Part shown: positions 42,114 through 55,004 of the stretch, in pieces
How positions within the stretch are numbered: position 1 is the stretch's first letter
How the letters are laid out: the number at the start of each line of letters is the position of its first letter
DNA from: Octopus vulgaris
Taxonomy: Eukaryota
Assembly: GCA_951406725.2 (NCBI GenBank)
Contig: OX597838.1
Coordinates: forward strand, 31,620,001-31,684,000
Reading direction: 5' to 3'
Length of the DNA: 64,000 nucleotides
Notes under the pieces: generated by a model
Told to the model about the DNA's origin: nothing
Databases searched by the model: none
The model's input: only the letters and a program-made list of their open reading frames with translations
Made by a program: the position numbers and the translations under genes

Positions 42114-42505
42114 TCTTTATATATAAAAGTAAGGTTGTGTGCTGTCTGTCTCCTACGATTTAGATTCCTAACTACTCCCACATTTTGCGGTGCAGTTTAA
42201 CCAAACCCGAGTATCTGATAGTCGTGATTCATATCGAGCCCTTCTGGGTATTAGCGCGCGTCTACGATGAGTCTACGATTTAAAAAATTTACCATCATTT
42301 TTTTCCATTTTAATGCATTTTTGGCATATATAAGGGAAGTAACTCTCTAAAAATTTATTATTAAATCTCAGAACGTAAAAGGCTACAGTAACACTCCCCC
42401 TTTGTGGTTAGCCATATTGAGATGGCTATTATACTTTATATCTCTAAAAATGCTTATATAGTTATTTCCCTTACAAACCCGAGCAACACCGGGCGATACT
42501 GCTAA
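42114..42505 (+). mobile_element. Non-autonomous Helitron
   Basis: TCTTTATATATAAAA start; 5' ~200 bp and 3' end shared with 3341-3850. Confidence 0.85.
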
Positions 42506-43823
42506 TAATTAATATTTATACATTTGTGTCCTTTCACTTCATCTTGTGTACAGGAGTATGTTACAACATATTTTCCTCTTCAATTAACTCACTCACCTCC
42601 ATTCTTATGCTTTCATCTATTGTCTCTGTTCTAATTAGATTCATCTATCTCCTCTGTACCTAATTATAGATCTACCAGTACTTTTCTTCTCATCCATCTT
42701 TCTCCATCCCACCACACTCCTGCTACCCTTTACATCCTCCTCTTCTTTTCAGTTTAAAAGTCCTTCACTCAAATTTTAAAATCCCTCAATTTCAAATAGT
42801 CCCTCCCGTTTTTTAACTATAAATTTTACCAACTAAATACTTCATTCGTTTGAAAACCCCATACAGAGTGAAACATATGGCCACCTATAATAAATATTTA
42901 TATTTTACACACACACACACACACTCTCTCACTCTCTTTCTCTCTTTTTTTTTAATGGTTCACAAGCACTTCAAACCTGCAAAAGCTGTTACTGTAGTTT
43001 CACTCCTGATCCATCAGCCCCAAAATCAAAGCTGTTCCAGCATGATCATCTAACTTTTCTGTGTATGAAGGACTGCACTGTCCAACATGTCCTTCTTTTT
43101 TTTTTATATCAGAGTGATTCAGCTGCTATTTCTACCAGATCAATCAACTATGTAGAGGTTCCCTTGCAGGTCTTCCAGAATTTGTGAATTTGATACAGTT
43201 GGCAATCAATTTGAGTATCCATTTTATCTCCTCATGCCATAAAGATGACAGCTATTTTACTGAGATTCATTAGGATAATTCATTATGACTATATAATTTT
43301 TACTGTAATTTCATTTAGTTTCATTTACATTTGGTTAAATGTTTAAATAATGGAGAACAAAAATCAATAGTTCCCAATAATTAAACATGTTTCTCTATTA
43401 GAACCCTGCTAGGTTGATTTTTGCCTTTCATCTTTTCACATCTCAATAAAATAAAAAAAACCCAGTTCTGGTCCTAGTTTTGATTATATTGATGCTACTC
43501 CTTTCTGAGTCAGATCCCACCTAGGTCAACTTTACCTTTCATCTTTCTGGGATCAATAAAATAATATTTAAAAAAAAAAACATTAAAAAAAATCTCAATG
43601 AAGAAGTGTAGTGTTGATCCTACAATACCACCTTCTCCAATTTTTTTAATCTTGTGTCTAAGTTAGAAATTAATTATAAATTTTATTTTTAAAATATCTT
43701 GCTTACTGAGCAAATTTGAATTAAAAAGAAAAAAAATGTTATGCTGACAACTAGTGTTATGCTCCACTTAGCATGTAAGGCGATAAAGTATAAATCATGG
43801 CAGTTGTGATCAAAAGGAATATA

Positions 43824-44214
43824 TCTATATATATAAAACTGAAGTTGTCTGTGTATGGCAGGTTTGGTAGCCTTCAACTAACACTATCTCCTCTTAGACC
43901 CTGCGGCGCAAGTTGACCAAAATTGAGAGTATGATAGAAGAAGGCTTGTTCTTCATTCCGTAGAAGAAAAAATTCAAATCGGACCATGTTAAGACCAAAA
44001 ATTATTTACATAAAAAAGGTGCTTTTTTTTCTATGAGAATCCCTATTTTTTTACGATTTTTTGACTGCTGTGTCGCCATTTTTCGGTGTATTTCAACCAG
44101 AAAAATGTTCACTTAAAGAGAATAACAAGCTACATAATGCAAAATTTTTACTTTTCAAAAATTCCAATTCTAAAGGGTCGAAACAAACCTGAACAACACT
44201 GGGCGATACTGCTA

Positions 44215-44215
<1 letters not shown>
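43824..44215 (+). mobile_element. Non-autonomous Helitron
   Basis: TCTATATATATAAAA start; ends GGGCGATACTGCTAG before T. Confidence 0.8.
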
Positions 44216-44260
<45 letters not shown>

Positions 44261-44797
44261 AATATATATGTATATTGAATATATAATTTTTATATTTGGC
44301 TGACCAAAATCAATGCTGGCAACTATTATAGTTTCCTTGCTTGAGAGCCACAATAATTCTTCAGATTGCCATCTTCCTGCAGGTTATGCACTGTAAATAT
44401 GTGTCGTCATCATACATTTGTTTTCCATATTGGCAGATTAATTTTATTGTACCAAACTCTTTCTTTCTCTCAGTTTATTTAACACAGTAGGATTGAGGCA
44501 ACAATGGATCCTCTCTTACCACTAAATCAAAGATGTTCCTGATTTTCTTTTTTGGCATTTTTATAGTTTATTTCTTTTATATCCTTTTACCTTATAACCT
44601 TTGCATAAAAACAGCCTTTTTTTATTGTGTAAGTTTTGTCTGAGACTTAATTGCTTAACTTCTTTAATATGCAATATATATAAAAAATAAATCCACCTAA
44701 ACATAATTTTTAAATCCAGACTATAAGAGGTTAGGGTGTTAAAAAGTGACCTGATGATAGCCATTGTGTGGTGTTGTCAATCACTGTAAGAAATATA

Positions 44798-45300
44798 TCC
44801 ATCCATTTATCCTTCTTCTCTCCTTATTATTCCTAGGAGGGTTGTGATGGTAGAGTCCTCAGGCATCTCATCTGCAGGGCCCTATGAGAATCAACTATCC
44901 TTCTTCTCTCCTTACTATTTCTAGGAGGGTTGTTATGATAGAGTCCTCAGGCATCTCAACTGTAGGGACCTATGAGAATCGTCTGCCATTCCACTTTCCT
45001 GCTAGGTTCCCAAGCACGACCAACCCAGACTATGGATATTATCCAGCCATCTCATTCTTGGTCTTCCTCCCAGGTCTCTTGCTGGTTGGCTCAGCTTGAG
45101 TTGAAGAATCTGCCTTGTGATTCTTTTCTGTAACATTCTAATCACATGTCTGTAGTATCAAACCTGTGACCTCTCAATGTGGGCAAGTAGTAGCTGGACC
45201 TGGAGAAACTCTCCCTGATCTTGAGCTATGTATCCAGTTGAATATCCTTACATCCTTCAACTGCTTGTATTCGTGATTGTACTTTTTCAGTCTTTACCCA
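44798..45300 (-). mobile_element. Decayed RTE-clade LINE 3' end with a tandem duplication of the last ~85 bp
   Basis: Minus-strand pieces WVKTEKVQSRIQAVE, AHIERSQ and GRPRMRWLDNI; same family as 24445-24778. Confidence 0.8.
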
Positions 45301-45376
45301 ACTTTGCTTTCATCCTTTCATCCTAAATAAGTACCAGTTAGGCACTGGGGTCAATGAAATTGACTTAATTACTCCA

Positions 45377-45793
45377 GGCGCAGGAGTGGCTGTGTGGTAA
45401 GTAGCTTGCCTACCAACCACATGGTTCCGGGTTCAGTCCCACTGTGTGGCACCTTGGGCAAGTGTCTTCTACTATAGCCTCGGGCTGACCAAAGCCTTGT
45501 GAGTGGATTTGGTAGACGGAAACTGAAAGAAGCCCATCGTATATATGTGTGTATATACATATATATATATATGTGTGTGTGCGTGTATGTTTGTGTGTCT
45601 GTCCCCCTAGCATTGCTTGACAACCGATGCTGGTGTGTTTATGTCCCCGTCACTTAGCAGTTCGGCAAAAAGAGACCGATAGAATAAGTACTGGGCTTAC
45701 AAAGAATAAGTCCCGGGGTCGATTTGCTCGACTAAAGGCGGTGCTCCAGCATGGCCGCAGTCAAATGACTGAAACAAGTAAAAGAGTAAAAGT
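45377..45793 (+). mobile_element. SINE family A
   Basis: Full-length match. Confidence 0.9.
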
Positions 45794-46463
45794 ATGAAAA
45801 CTACACCCTCCTGCCAAGCCACGTGGAGCCAGTGTGGCAGAATAGGCTCATCAAACCAGTGTGATCTCAAACTCAAATTCATGGTCTCCATATCAGTCTG
45901 TGGTTGGTGGAGAGAACATGCTAAGGCTTTTGTCCTGCAGTGGACTGAACATAGGCAATCTAATCCAATCCGCTCAACATCATTGACCACAGCTGAGGAT
46001 GCACAAGAAATATATGATTCGTCTAATTACAAATAGAGAAGTTCAAGTTGGTAGTACTATAAATTGATGAATTGGAGTCAATCAAAAGATTTTGTGCTGC
46101 AATTCTGCATTCTTGCCCTCTATCTGTCACGGCCATTGTACTACTCTTTATATAAATCAATTATTGAGATTCTGTTACCATGATTGACCAATAAGGAAGA
46201 TGAATCTAGGATAAGTTCCTTATATGTATATTCTGCTATTTTATCTATTAATTCCAAGCTGGTGATATGCTCCCTAGTGCAGCCAAGAAAAGCATAAAGG
46301 TTTCTTGATAACATTCACTATCCTAGTAAACTTGTGACCTTGTCTTTAATAATCTTCCTCCTTTATATTTGTTACCAGGATTCATGAAATAAACATTGGT
46401 CAACTGGCCTTATGACTATGTTATTTTTTTTTGGTCTGCCTTAGTGAGCAAACCTATGATTGA

Positions 46464-46684
46464 CCCTTTTGTTACCAACCCGGCTGAAACCGGCTCTGGC
46501 TCTGTTGTACAAATGTCTTGTTTTCTTAAGGTTTCAATTAAAATCTTTCACTAAACCTTAGTCACAATTTATGTTCCCAATACTAGCTTAATGATGGCTA
46601 AGTTATTTTACTAAATTCTTTGTTATATTTAAAGTAATTGAAAGAAACACAGAACATCTCAAAATAAATACAGTAACGAAAGGG
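46464..46684. mobile_element. TTAA MITE family 2
   Basis: Homolog of 40701-40922, inserted in the old CAA-tailed repeat. Confidence 0.8.
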
Positions 46685-47190
46685 TTAAAGGCATTCCAAC
46701 CATGACTATCCTGTTTTTTGATTGGTATCTAGAATTATCTTTCTTGTTTAAGATCGTAAGGTTTCACATGAGGGTGATAGTGTATCTATTTCTAGTAGGT
46801 TGGGTGACCACATACAGGTTCTTACATTGGCTCCTAGTCAGTAATTCTAGATCCTTGAAGTTTCTTGATTGGTCTTTAGGTGGTTGGAAATGTCTCATTT
46901 CACTCCCTTTGTGAATGTTGGTTTATGCCTCTTGTTTTTGTTTTCCTCATAATCGATTCTGCATAAACCTTCACTGTTTATGTAATTTGTCCTTGTCATG
47001 TTCCCTATCCATTGCCTCCCTCCTACCTGTCATGGGGGCACTAGAAAACATTGAGCCCTTTCCTCTTCTTCCTTGCTAATCTATTAACCCCTACACTAGA
47101 AATAGAAAGTAGATATAGCAAGGGGAACGATATCAAGCTAAGTGGGGTTTGTGGTTCAAATCTTTTCATAGATATTGAAATCTTTTATTA

Positions 47191-47353
47191 GGCGCAGGAG
47201 TGGCTGTGTGGTAAGTAGCTTCTTTACCAACCACATGGTTCCGGGTTCAGTCCCACTGCGTGGTACCTTGGGCAAATGTCTTCTACTATAGCCTCGGGCC
47301 GACCAAAGCCTTGTGAGTGGATTTGGTAGACGGAAACTGAAAGAAGCCCGTCG

Positions 47354-47400
<47 letters not shown>
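47191..47400 (+). mobile_element. SINE family A 5' half, ending in its (TA)n tract
   Basis: Head and core match; 3' half is absent and Penelope-like sequence follows. Confidence 0.85.
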
Positions 47401-47403
<3 letters not shown>

Positions 47404-47532
47404 TAAAAAGAATTCCAACCTTGTCTGATTTTCACGTTTTATTTACAATCTTATAATGATATATTATAAGATAATATATTATAATTGAATAAAATAAAAT
47501 GAAATAGTAGAATGTTAAATATTCATTCTGAT

Positions 47533-47577
47533 TGAACTAGTACTTTCATGCATTGAATTCTGCAATCTTCGGGTTCA
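47533..47577 (-). ncRNA. Minimal type-I hammerhead ribozyme fold (Penelope-type) with a U4C core variant
   Basis: UGAAC-CCGAAGA-UUGCA(GAAUUCAA)UGCAU-GAAA-GUAC-UA-GUUCA. Confidence 0.7.
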
Positions 47578-48071
47578 TGTAGTAGTGTTGACAGTCATGC
47601 TTCACAATTTTTGACTGTAGCAAGATGAGTGATTCTGTGCTATAAATACAGCTGGGTAGGCTCCAGAGTGCTAGGTTTTGCAAACTGTATTCTGACCAAT
47701 CAGTGTGTAGTATCACTCAATTACTTAAGCTGATTGGTTGGTTGAGCTGATTGGTTTAGGCATCATGCTTTGTTGGACAGGTCAAGAGTCCTGTATCTTG
47801 ACCCTGGCCGAAGCAGCAATTGTTGGGTTATTTTTAGAAATGTTGTAAATATCCTTTGTCAGAGATTTTTATATTTTTATATTTCAATTGTCATCATCAT
47901 CATTGTCAGCACCTTAATTATTGTTGCTAGTGGTGATGGTGGTGGCAATAGAACTTTTAACCCTAAATAAGATAATTTTCCTGCTATCTTCGTCTTGATC
48001 ACCTTTAGTATTGTTGTTGTTGTTAGTGGTCATGGTCGTAGCAGTGGAAGTAATACCTCTAAGTATTATTA

Positions 48072-48293
48072 TTATTGCTTATTTAGCTTGGGTTCGAATT
48101 TATCAATAAAATTCTTTTCTCTGATTTTCCTCTCGATTTCACTTGGGCTGTGTAATTTGTAGAATGGAAATATTATATATATTTTCCGACCACATGTTGC
48201 TAGGTGGTTACTCAAAGGTATCTGACGGACCTCTGGGTCTCTAATCTGTTGCCGGTGTACACGTGAGCGTTCTAATAGTGCGTTTCCCGTCTG
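48072..48293 (-). pseudogene. GIY-YIG endonuclease C-terminal fragment of a Penelope-like element
   Basis: 73 uninterrupted codons with QT, R...H, H, E..FI and terminal LN motifs; lacks the GIY/YIG strands and the RT. Confidence 0.8.
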
Positions 48294-48710
48294 GGGCACT
48301 GCCTCGAAGAAGTTTTAATTGAATGAATCAACCCCACTACTTTTTTATTATTGTTTTAAGCCTGGCACTTATTCTGTTGATCTCTTTTGCTGAAGCGCTA
48401 AGTTACAGGGACATAAACACACCAACACTGATTGTCAAGCAGAGGTGGTGGACAAACACATATACACACACATGCATGCACACACATGATGGACTTCTTA
48501 TATGCATGCATATATGTATGGTGAGAGAGAAAGAGAATGAAAGGTATGGAAGAAGGATAGGCAGTGCATAACTATGCACTGCATGTCCTTCAGGCTTTCC
48601 ATACAAACCTCTCGTGCTGGAGGTTAACCAACTGTTCTATCATGGTTGATTGGATTCCACTTTTTCAATGTGTGTGTATGTGTGTGTGTGTGTGTGTGTG
48701 TGCAAGCATG

Positions 48711-48848
48711 TGAGAGGGACCCTTCTTGTTACACACACACATATGACTAGGTGATGAGAGGGACCCTTCTTGTTACACACACACATATGACTAGGTGATG
48801 AGAGGGACCCTTCTTGTTACACACACACATATGACTAGGTGATGAGAG
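48711..48848. repeat. Three tandem copies of a 44-bp unit
   Basis: TGAGAGGGACCCTTCTTGTTACACACACACATATGACTAGGTGA three times. Confidence 0.95.
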
Positions 48849-49900
48849 GTTGCCAGGCTTAGATTTTATTGTAGCTGTTCCCCTCCCCTGCCCCTCAACA
48901 CCTGATATTATTTCACTCAATGTGTGTCATTTACGTCACTCTATATCCCCCCCTTCTCTCCCCTACTCTGCCATCATCCTCTACAGTCTCCTCTATGACA
49001 CACATCAGATGGCTAGGGTTAACAGTTTCTTCAGATTAACTTTTAAACAACAACACTCAACTGAAAACACAAGAAGAAGATATGTCCTGGCATAAAACAG
49101 AATTTCAAAAAAACGGCAACATGTATTTATTTTGAGTCTGCTATTTAACCTTATTTCTGCAATAGGCTAATTAAATTACTTCTTTTACTTGATTTCTCTG
49201 TGAAATGTCTGTCAAGAATGAAGCTATAAATACTGTGTATGCAATAACATTTTAAACATCTAAATTACTAGCTTCAATTGTTTGTTTTTTTCCGTCTTTC
49301 TTTTTGATACTTAAAAATACTTTACTGATTTTTCACTGCATTTAATGAGACCGCATTAAGTTTGTGCATTTTTGAAAGTTTCTCTGTAATGGTTTGGGAT
49401 GAGAGGAAGGGGCTGTGTTCGTGGTTTCTGCTGAGCCAGCTGCAAGAAAATAATATGAGCAGGAAGGGAACTCCTGAGGGTGGTGGGGTTCTGGAGTGGA
49501 AGGATTGGAAGGTTGGTTAGTGCCAGGCTTGGGAATAGACAATGGAGGGTGGACACAATATTGGGTGATGGAGAGATGGAGATACAAGTCAGTAGGAAGA
49601 ACCTACTTGGAGTTGGCACAAATGCATTGCTGTTGTTTAGCTCCCATTCACTCTTGATTAAGTGCACTATGATCAAAGGCAACTCATCCACGACCATCCC
49701 AACTGTCTAGCAGTATCTAAAACTGCTAATCCAGTGTATACTTTTTTTTGTTGTTGTAAACATTTTAGGGTGATTTGAGATAGATTTGGCTAATTTTCTA
49801 AGTCATTTGATTGAACACAGATTTGGACACTTAATGAACACATGGTGATTTGCCCATGTGAGTATGTGTCTTTGAATATTAAATAGAGAGTGAGTACATA

Positions 49901-50136
49901 TTGTGTTGAATCAAAAGTTTTGCCATATTTTCGTAACTTATTTACTTTATTCATCAAGTTTCAACAAAAGCAGCTTAGCATTCAAAGTAGAGGCCATGAT
50001 GTTGCACCAGCTGAAGCCACCTTTCTGCTAGTTCATTGATGCCACACTGATACCAGTTCTTGATCTTTGAGATGAAGAATTCTTTCACTAATGCTTGCTC
50101 TTCATCTTGGTTGATGAAAATTTTGATTCAACACAA
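49901..50136 (-). mobile_element. Mariner-derived MITE retaining the transposase C-terminus
   Basis: TA|TTGTGTTGAATCAAAA...TTTTGATTCAACACAA|TA; minus strand reads EFFISKIKNWYQCGINELAERWLQLVQHHGLYFEC*. Confidence 0.85.
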
Positions 50137-50980
50137 TAAAATCTGTGACATATAAAGTATTAAAATATGGATACTAAGAAGGAAAAGAAACAGCAACTTG
50201 TTCTCTTCTTTACCAAGATTTGGATAAACTGGAATATTTATAAATAATTATGAACATTATTGAAATAAGGACAATCAGTTGATTACAATAATTGTACCAG
50301 TAATTATCAATCTTGAATTTTTTAATTTTAAAATGAGATGAATTTCCTGTTTTAAAATTACTTGAAACTACAAATAATTTCTATTCTGTGTCACATTCCG
50401 CTTTTTTTTTTTTTATGTGGCCAGGTATGAAATAGTAACGAGTTGGCTTGAAGACGGTTTTGACTGTAGTTTTTTTTAGTTTGTGGTTATTGTTTACCTT
50501 TTTTTTTTTTCTTCATGTTTTTACCATTGAACCTAATCAAAAGAAAGAGCTTTAGAAAATTATCTAATTTAACACTGTCTAAATATTTGATATGCTAGTG
50601 TTTGGTAATAATCCCTCCCTTCCAAACGATCAAACACTGTATGTTATTGATCTTTTAATTATTAGAAGCTTTTCCATCTAGTGTCAGTATTGCATTACAT
50701 CAAATCAATAAGAACAACAACAACAACGAGAGCAACAACATTTTGAATTGAAGAGATGAAAGGAGAAACGATGGGGAAAGTGAGGGAGGGAGGGGGGGGG
50801 AAACGACAGCAGCAACAACAGCAGCAACAAAAATTAGTGCGAAAGTAAAGAAGAGTAAATCGAAGAATTGCTGTAACTATAGAGTTAATTTTAAGATTTT
50901 TGCATACTTTGATGGCTTAATTGGTTGAGATCTTGGTTCTTATTTCTTTCTTTTTTTTTTTTTTTTTCCTTTTTTTAAAG

Positions 50981-51094
50981 TTGCAAACACAATCGGTATT
51001 TTCTGACATTTGAGGTGCCCAGAAATAGCTCTCTTATCGATTCTTTGTCTCTTCTTAATGTGCATTCAACCTGGTCATGCAGACACTAGAATTT
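50981..51094 (+). other. Candidate exon of an unidentified host gene
   Basis: Long T tract plus AAAG acceptor, TTT|GTAAGT donor, local CpG enrichment; ATGs give MCIQPGHADTRI (phase 1) or MQTLEF (phase 0). Confidence 0.35.
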
Positions 51095-53031
51095 GTAAGT
51101 TTATTTTATAGTATCATAAAGATAAAAGAACTAGTACAGGTAAATTATTAGTGCTGTTGTTGCTGGAATTGATACTGCTGCTGCTAAAGCCTATGTCTTT
51201 CTCTCTTTCTCCCTCTTCTTTCTTTTACTGTTGTAACTAAGGGCAACTAGGATTGGAATTAATGTATTTCACTTTTGTTATCTGGTTTTTATAGATAGAT
51301 TTACAGAGAAAGTGAATTATGTTTGTATAATGGCTAAATTATCAAAGTGGGGGATATATTGTTAGAGAATGGTACAGAAGCCTGACAAAACCAACTACCA
51401 CCCCCCTTCTACCCCCTTCCGCCAAAATACACACGAATAAAAAAGAAAGCATGAAATGCAAAAGGAAAGAATGAAAATAGAAAATTAATTTTAGGAAAGG
51501 AGTCTTGTGGGTATTTTTTTTCTCAATCATTCTTTTGAATTTATTTCATTTTGTTTATTAAAAATCAAAATTGAATATTGGTGTATTATTGTCATTTCAG
51601 CTGTTGTCATTATCCAATCAGTTTTGGCATCTGTTTTCTAATGCTGACATTGATCTAAGCAGATTAGTTTCTTAAACCGACCAATTTACATTGGAATATT
51701 GACAATCTACTTTATCTTGCATTCTTCATAGCTGACCTTTCATATTTCCACACACAAAATTCTTCTTTCACCTCTCAGCTACACATTATTATTATTATTA
51801 TTATTATTATTTCTTTTGTTTTAGATTCTTTGCTCCATGCTAGAATGATTCCTTGAGTAATATTTTTCATGTCTTCGCAAACACTTCTTTTCTTATTTGG
51901 TAATGATTTTTGCATATATATCCATGACAACACTTCTTAAAAACTGTTTTGTAAATCCATTATCAGCTCCACCATCATCTGTATCATCGTTATCAATTTT
52001 AGCATATTTTATTTTTTGTATTCATGTTGGTTATGGGTTAGATTGATCTGTTGTGTAAAACATGTAAAAACCATGTCATCTCATATGTTAAGCCTAATAT
52101 TAGTTTCCAATTTTGGCACAAGGCCAGCGATTTCAGGGGAGGGTTTAAGTTGATTGCACCAATCCCAGTGCTCAACTGGGACTTATTTTATTGACCTTGA
52201 AAGAATGAAAGCCAAAATTCACCTCGGCAAAATTTGAACTCAGAATGTAATGATTAATGAAATACCATGAGGCATTTTGCCAGGTGTACCAATGATTCTG
52301 CCAGCCCGCTGCCTTATTTTAAACCTAATATTGAGGTTTCATCTATTTATTTATCTAACTAATGTTACCTATATGGTTGTCTGTCCATCCTTCCTTCTGA
52401 GATTTCCCTTGTCTTATCATAGTAACTTCACAGCCAGATTATGTTGAGTCGACAAGACCTTTCCTTTTCCCTTAGAATTTGCTTTATAGGTGGGCAATTG
52501 TCAGGTGTGGCCTTAGCTCCCATTTTTTCCAGCTATTATTCTTGACATTTCTGGGTCTTTCGGGAGAACTGTTGCATGCTGACAACCTAGTTCTCATTAT
52601 AGAACCTGTTGAACAGTTTCAGGAAAAGAAAAGTCATAAGCCTGTAAGAGTGGTCTTGTGTCAAACAGCTTACATATCAATATGGTAAAGGCCGAAGTAG
52701 TATTTAGTATCAGAAAGCACGATCATGAATAGTATGTGGGAAGTAGTTTTGATCAGTGTGTAGAAATGGGGTATAAATAGGTATGAGTACAAAAGTAAAG
52801 ACTCAATGCTGGAAGTGGAATCTTTGGCAGATTGATTGGTAATAATCCAAGCTTCAAACAAATGGGATTAATTAGAACGAGAGATATCTATGACAACAGA
52901 AATCTCTATGTAAACCAACAAGGAGTTCTGACAATGATAGAAATAGTAACAAAATCAACCTCAAATTACCCTGTTCTGTATGATTTAGTACATAAAGCAG
53001 TTTGTCCAAAGTTCCACCAATTCTGCCAGTG

Positions 53032-53073
<42 letters not shown>

Positions 53074-53074
53074 C

Positions 53075-53109
<35 letters not shown>

Positions 53110-53579
53110 AAATAGTGACTAAAAAGGAAAGGGAGAAAGAGAAATGTGAGTTGTGGTTAGAATTTCTTAATGCCCTTTATCTTAGGCCTATTCTATCAAG
53201 ATTGACCTGGGGCTAAGCAACAATAGCAACAACAATGCGCAAACTACTCAGGTTGCTTGCAAGACATGACAGGCCACCTAATTAGTGGTGGGTGCGGTTG
53301 TTGTGAAAATATTGTAGTTAGAATAAGAAAGGGTGGATGAAAAGGATCTCTCACCTGCATTGGTATCAAAGTCCTAAAGGGTAGATTTTATGAATTATAC
53401 TTATAAATATATGGAGCTGCATCTTAGCAAGGCATGGAGCATTGAATGTGGAAAATCTTCTGATGAGTTGAAGAGAGTCTGTTGTATGGGTGATGTTAGT
53501 TTGTATGGCATCGAACTCAAACCACATGTACAAGTAAATAAAGACCTCAAAGCATTTAGTCTAGCATGGTAACGATTCT

Positions 53580-53984
53580 TATTTCTTTATTGCCCACAAG
53601 GGGCTAAACATAGAGGGGACAAACAAGGACAGACAGAGGGATTAAGTCGATTACATCGACCCCAGTGCATAACTGGTACTTAATTTATCGATTCAAATTC
53701 CACCGAGGTCGACTTTGCCTTTCATCCTTTCGGGGTCGATAAATTAAGTACCAGTTACGCACTGGGGTCGATGTAATCGACTTAATCCATTTGTCTGTCC
53801 TTGTTTGTCCTCTCTGTGTTTAGTCCCTTGTGGGTAGTAAAGAAGTAGGTACTTAATTTATCGACCCCAAAAGGATGAAAGGCAAAGTCGACCTGGGCGG
53901 AATTTGAACTCAGAATGTAACGGCAGGTGAAATACCACTAAGCATTTCGCCCGGCGTGCTAACCACTCTGCCAGATCACCGCCG
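53580..53984 (-). mobile_element. SINE family B containing a second, inverted family-B insertion (53692-53847, +)
   Basis: Inner 17-bp TSD GGTACTTAATTTATCGA; outer TSD TAGCATGGTAAYGATTCT. Confidence 0.9.
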
Positions 53985-55004
53985 ATAGCATGGTAATGAT
54001 TCTGTTTGCTCACCACCTTACCACCACCACTACTACTACTAATAATATAATGATGATGATGATTGTTTCAAATTTTGCCACAAGGCTAGCAATTTCAGGG
54101 TAGAGGTAAGTCGATTACATTAACCACAGTGCTCAACTTACTTTATCAACTTATTTTATCGGCCCCCAAAAGAATGAAAGGCAAAGTTGACCTTGGCAGA
54201 ATTTGAACTCAGAACATGAAGAGTGATGAAATGATGCGAAGCATTTTGCCCTGCGTGCTAATGATCCTACCAGCTTGCCACCTTATTAATAAAAATAATA
54301 ATAACGACAATAATTAGGTGTGTTATTAGTCATCATCATGTTGATCTTTGTTCTAGTATGTTTCCGTTACGATACTTCCAGTTTCATTAACTATTATATT
54401 CTTAATTACTCTCCTGATTTTTGTTTGTCTAATCTGCATATCATGTTCCTCTTTGAAGCGAAGGAGCAGGAGGAGTTTGGCTATCATTTTTTTTCTTCCT
54501 CTGCCATCTTAAATATTTGGGTAACAGCTGCTCATCTGTGTACATATGTGCATACATTTGTGTGTGTTACAATTTGCAAATATCAGTTAGAGTGTTAAGC
54601 ATGCACACATACACATACGCTTATAAACCCATGCACACACACACACACACACAGACACACACACATACCTGTTTGTCTGGCTGGCTTTCTCTCCTCTCCC
54701 TGCTCTGTGCTCCCCACCGCACACTATTTTCTCTCTTTGTTTGCTTCTCTCACAGCCAACATTTTCTCAATGATATTCTAGTTAACATTATTCCTCTTCT
54801 CTCTCCCACGCTCCTCAACACCAATTGGAACTGTTTCACGTTTCATTCTCTATATTTTATGTATTCGTGTTTGAGCTCTCAAATAAGAACATAAAAGTAC
54901 TCAATACAGACGGCTAAAGTGTAAAGAATAAACGCAGTGCTCAGATTATTATGTATTACTAAGAGTTTTGCAAAACTCTGTGTATGTATATATATATGTA
55001 TCTT

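Larger units (their letters stand above)
47401..48293 (-). mobile_element. 5'-truncated Penelope-like retroelement (GIY-YIG C-terminus plus pseudo-LTR)
   Basis: ORF QTGNALLERSRVHRQQI...LSNHL..C....IFPFYK....R..RE..FI..FEPKLN*, followed by CCAAT boxes, TATTTATA and a hammerhead fold; left boundary approximate. Confidence 0.8.

Noticed and set aside
48711-48848. CRISPR-like direct repeats
   Set aside because: No unique spacers; a simple tandem repeat in eukaryotic DNA with no cas genes
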